44,150 nucleotides of DNA from a virus (lineage: Duplodnaviria > Heunggongvirae > Uroviricota > Caudoviricetes): positions 1 through 44,150 of IMG/VR virus record IMGVR_UViG_3300045988_030968; one strand, given 5' to 3'. Each line of letters starts with the position of its first letter. The first letter of the stretch is position 1. The notes beneath the pieces are model-generated. The model saw nothing but the letters and a program-made list of their open reading frames with translations. It made no database searches and was not told the origin of the DNA. Shown in pieces: positions 41,856 to 44,150 of this stretch. The translations under genes were made by a program, and so were the position numbers.

Positions 41856-44150
41856 ATGCCGATGGAGTTTGTCGTTAACCACATTCCCGACGGCGTACCT
41901 GTACGCGTCTACCTCGGCGAGATTGGCGATGATACTGATGTCACCGACGACTTCGACGCGCTTAAAGACGAAGACGCTGTGTACCACATTATTGAGGGTG
42001 CTGGTGGTGGCATCGGCGACGCTATCGGGAGTGTATTCAGTTTCATCCTTAAGCCAATTGCCAAGTTGTTCGGGCTTAACACCGCGGCTAACGCGAATTA
42101 TTCTGCTACCAACAACCAGGCTACGTCGCCTAACAACAGTCTCACCGACCGCTCAAACAAACCCCGTCCTTATGAGCGCTCCTATGATATATGCGGGACA
42201 GTGCAGACTATCCCCAATGACCTGATGCAGACGTATAAGGTGTTTAATGCCGCAGGGGCGCTTATTGAATACGCATACTATGACGCCGGTCGAGGGTATC
42301 TGCATATTGAGGAAGACGGTGTAACCGAGGCAGATACCAGAATCAGCGAGATAACTGGCTCGTCGGTGACGGTATATTCTCCTTACACTTCGCCGAATAA
42401 TACCAGCGCCCCACAATTGCATATCGGCGACCCGATAGACCAGAAGTTGTACATTACATTTAAAAATGCCGATGTCGATGGCGCTGTTCTTCCTGCGCCT
42501 AATGACATCGCGATAGACGTCGCTCTGTATACTGTACAACGGCAGGGCCCAACAGGCATTGTCGTTGGTAGTGATGCCGGTTTTGACGAAATAATTTCAG
42601 TAGGTGACTTGGTCTATTTTGACAACGTCTACGCAGATACGACTCCAACCTATCAAGGCGATGAAGTTAACCTGGATGGTCGCTATACGGTACTTTCAGT
42701 GAGCGAGACCACACTTATCGTTGATATAAGCCCAAATCAATCGGTATGGAACCAAATAGGAACCGCCCAATGGGAAATAGACGCCAACGTAGGTAATCAT
42801 CTTATCGGCCCGGCGGACACTTACGCGGCTTCTCTCTCTGAATGGGCGTACATCACCCGCGGTACTGTCGACCGTGTTGTAGCCAATGTCGCCGCCAGCA
42901 ACGGCATGTATAAATACAACGGCGATTATAATCGTGCCTCCGTAACGGTGGAACTGCAATACCAGATGGTGGACGAATTGAAACAGCCCGTTGGCGATAT
43001 ATTCACCGTGCAAGGCACTGTTACAGGGAGAAACACTGATTACACTGGTATCACCTTATATGGTAGTTTGCCTACTGCTTCCCGATTCCGCGCCCGTATG
43101 CGTCGTGTTTCTGACACCGATAAAGATTTTGAGGGTACTGTTAGTGACGAGGTTACTTTCACTAATCTGTACGGGCAGTCACTGGATACAACCCCGCACT
43201 ACGGCAACCGCACTACCGTACACTGCGCTCGTAAACAAACGCCACGTGCCGCGGAGGTGTCCGAACCGGAACTACGCATGATTGCTACCGAGATGTGCTA
43301 CAAATACCTCGGAAATGGCGTATTCGATACGGCAATGACACCGAACACTCAGGCCGTGCAGTCACTAATCCGCTTGGCTCGCGACCCCGCGGTGGGTAAT
43401 CTGGAACTGACAACGGCAAACATGGACAAGTTACTCGCCGTTCAGGAAGAAATTGAGTCTTATTTTGGTAGTAAATTAGCTGGACAATTCTGCTACACGT
43501 TCGACGATTACGACACAACTATGCAGGACATTGTTCAGACCATAGCGGAAGCCGTGTTCTGTACAGCGTACCGTAAAGGTGCAGATATTATGCTGCGATT
43601 CGACCGTCCGGTCGCGGGGCCGGAGATGGTGTTCACTCACCGCAGCAAAACGACCGGTACAGAGAAATGGACGCGCACGTTCAACGATTCGACAACCTAC
43701 GATAGCCTGTCGTTCTCGTACATCGACCCGGATACGAACGTACAGGAGACAATTTATATCCCGGAAGAACTCGGTGCAAATACCGAGGAGTACGAATCGA
43801 AGGGCGTGCGCAATTATCAGCAGGCTTACTGGCAGGCGTGGCGTCGATATCAGCGCAACACGTTAAGTAAAGTTGTCGTAGAGTTCGAAGCTACTGAAGA
43901 AGGGGCGCTCGCTACACCCGGCGGCGTAATCAGCGTGGTTAAAGGTTCACGTATTGCTCCGCAGGATGGTTATGTTGTTGCCGTTAATGGGCTTACGCTG
44001 ACGCTGTCGCAGCCGGTTATGTTCACCCCCGGCGACGACCACTCCATCATCCTCAAGAAGCGCGATGGCTCGGTGCAGAGTATCTCCGTTATCAAAGGAA
44101 GCCACGACCGCGAAGTGATTATGCTCTCTGCACCGGAGGAGGCAATCTAC
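41856..44150 (+). CDS. J-like central tail fibre / tail tip protein, 5' part (continues into 1..265)
   Basis: Frame open from ATG 41856 to window end and in phase with ORF 20..265; Gly-rich hydrophobic N-terminal segment; no stop in window so absent from ORF track. Confidence 0.6.
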   Translation, partial: MPMEFVVNHIPDGVPVRVYLGEIGDDTDVTDDFDALKDEDAVYHIIEGAGGGIGDAIGSVFSFILKPIAKLFGLNTAANANYSATNNQATSPNNSLTDRSNKPRPYERSYDICGTVQTIPNDLMQTYKVFNAAGALIEYAYYDAGRGYLHIEEDGVTEADTRISEITGSSVTVYSPYTSPNNTSAPQLHIGDPIDQKLYITFKNADVDGAVLPAPNDIAIDVALYTVQRQGPTGIVVGSDAGFDEIISVGDLVYFDNVYADTTPTYQGDEVNLDGRYTVLSVSETTLIVDISPNQSVWNQIGTAQWEIDANVGNHLIGPADTYAASLSEWAYITRGTVDRVVANVAASNGMYKYNGDYNRASVTVELQYQMVDELKQPVGDIFTVQGTVTGRNTDYTGITLYGSLPTASRFRARMRRVSDTDKDFEGTVSDEVTFTNLYGQSLDTTPHYGNRTTVHCARKQTPRAAEVSEPELRMIATEMCYKYLGNGVFDTAMTPNTQAVQSLIRLARDPAVGNLELTTANMDKLLAVQEEIESYFGSKLAGQFCYTFDDYDTTMQDIVQTIAEAVFCTAYRKGADIMLRFDRPVAGPEMVFTHRSKTTGTEKWTRTFNDSTTYDSLSFSYIDPDTNVQETIYIPEELGANTEEYESKGVRNYQQAYWQAWRRYQRNTLSKVVVEFEATEEGALATPGGVISVVKGSRIAPQDGYVVAVNGLTLTLSQPVMFTPGDDHSIILKKRDGSVQSISVIKGSHDREVIMLSAPEEAIY
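44096..44150. repeat. 55-bp direct repeat identical to 1-55
   Basis: Exact identity. Confidence 0.9.

Overview
This window is a complete dsDNA phage genome of about 44.1 kb, siphovirus-type with a lambda/T1/Jersey-like tail module, given as a circularly closed assembly. Bases 1-55 are identical to 44096-44150, and one tail gene runs across the window ends. Layout: (i) 2.3-14.8 kb, minus strand: replication module (SNF2 helicase, short C5-methyltransferase-like protein, VRR-NUC nuclease, family-A DNA polymerase, DUF2815 SSB-like protein, DUF2800 Cas4-like nuclease, primase-helicase), driven by TTGACA/TATAGT promoters that share a palindromic operator, with a divergent Cro-like HTH gene. (ii) 15.2-21.9 kb, plus strand: about 25 small overlapping ORFs, including an HslV/proteasome-beta-like peptidase, two membrane (holin-like) proteins and a GH24-type endolysin. 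(iii) 22.0-44.1 kb plus the wrap to 2.3 kb, plus strand: terminase, portal, head, spanins, scaffold, capsid, tail, tape measure, gpM/K/J-like tip proteins and a tailspike. Two reverse-oriented accessory (moron) insertions sit inside the structural module, each with its own copy of a conserved promoter and a bidirectional terminator; one encodes a T4 Imm-like superinfection immunity protein plus an HTH-metallophosphoesterase. The most notable non-coding signal is a duplicated promoter-plus-leader element heading both long rightward transcription units. No integrase, CI-type repressor, tRNA or CRISPR array was recognised, so a virulent lifestyle is likely. All functional calls come from motif recognition by eye on the supplied translations; no database search or folding computation was run.
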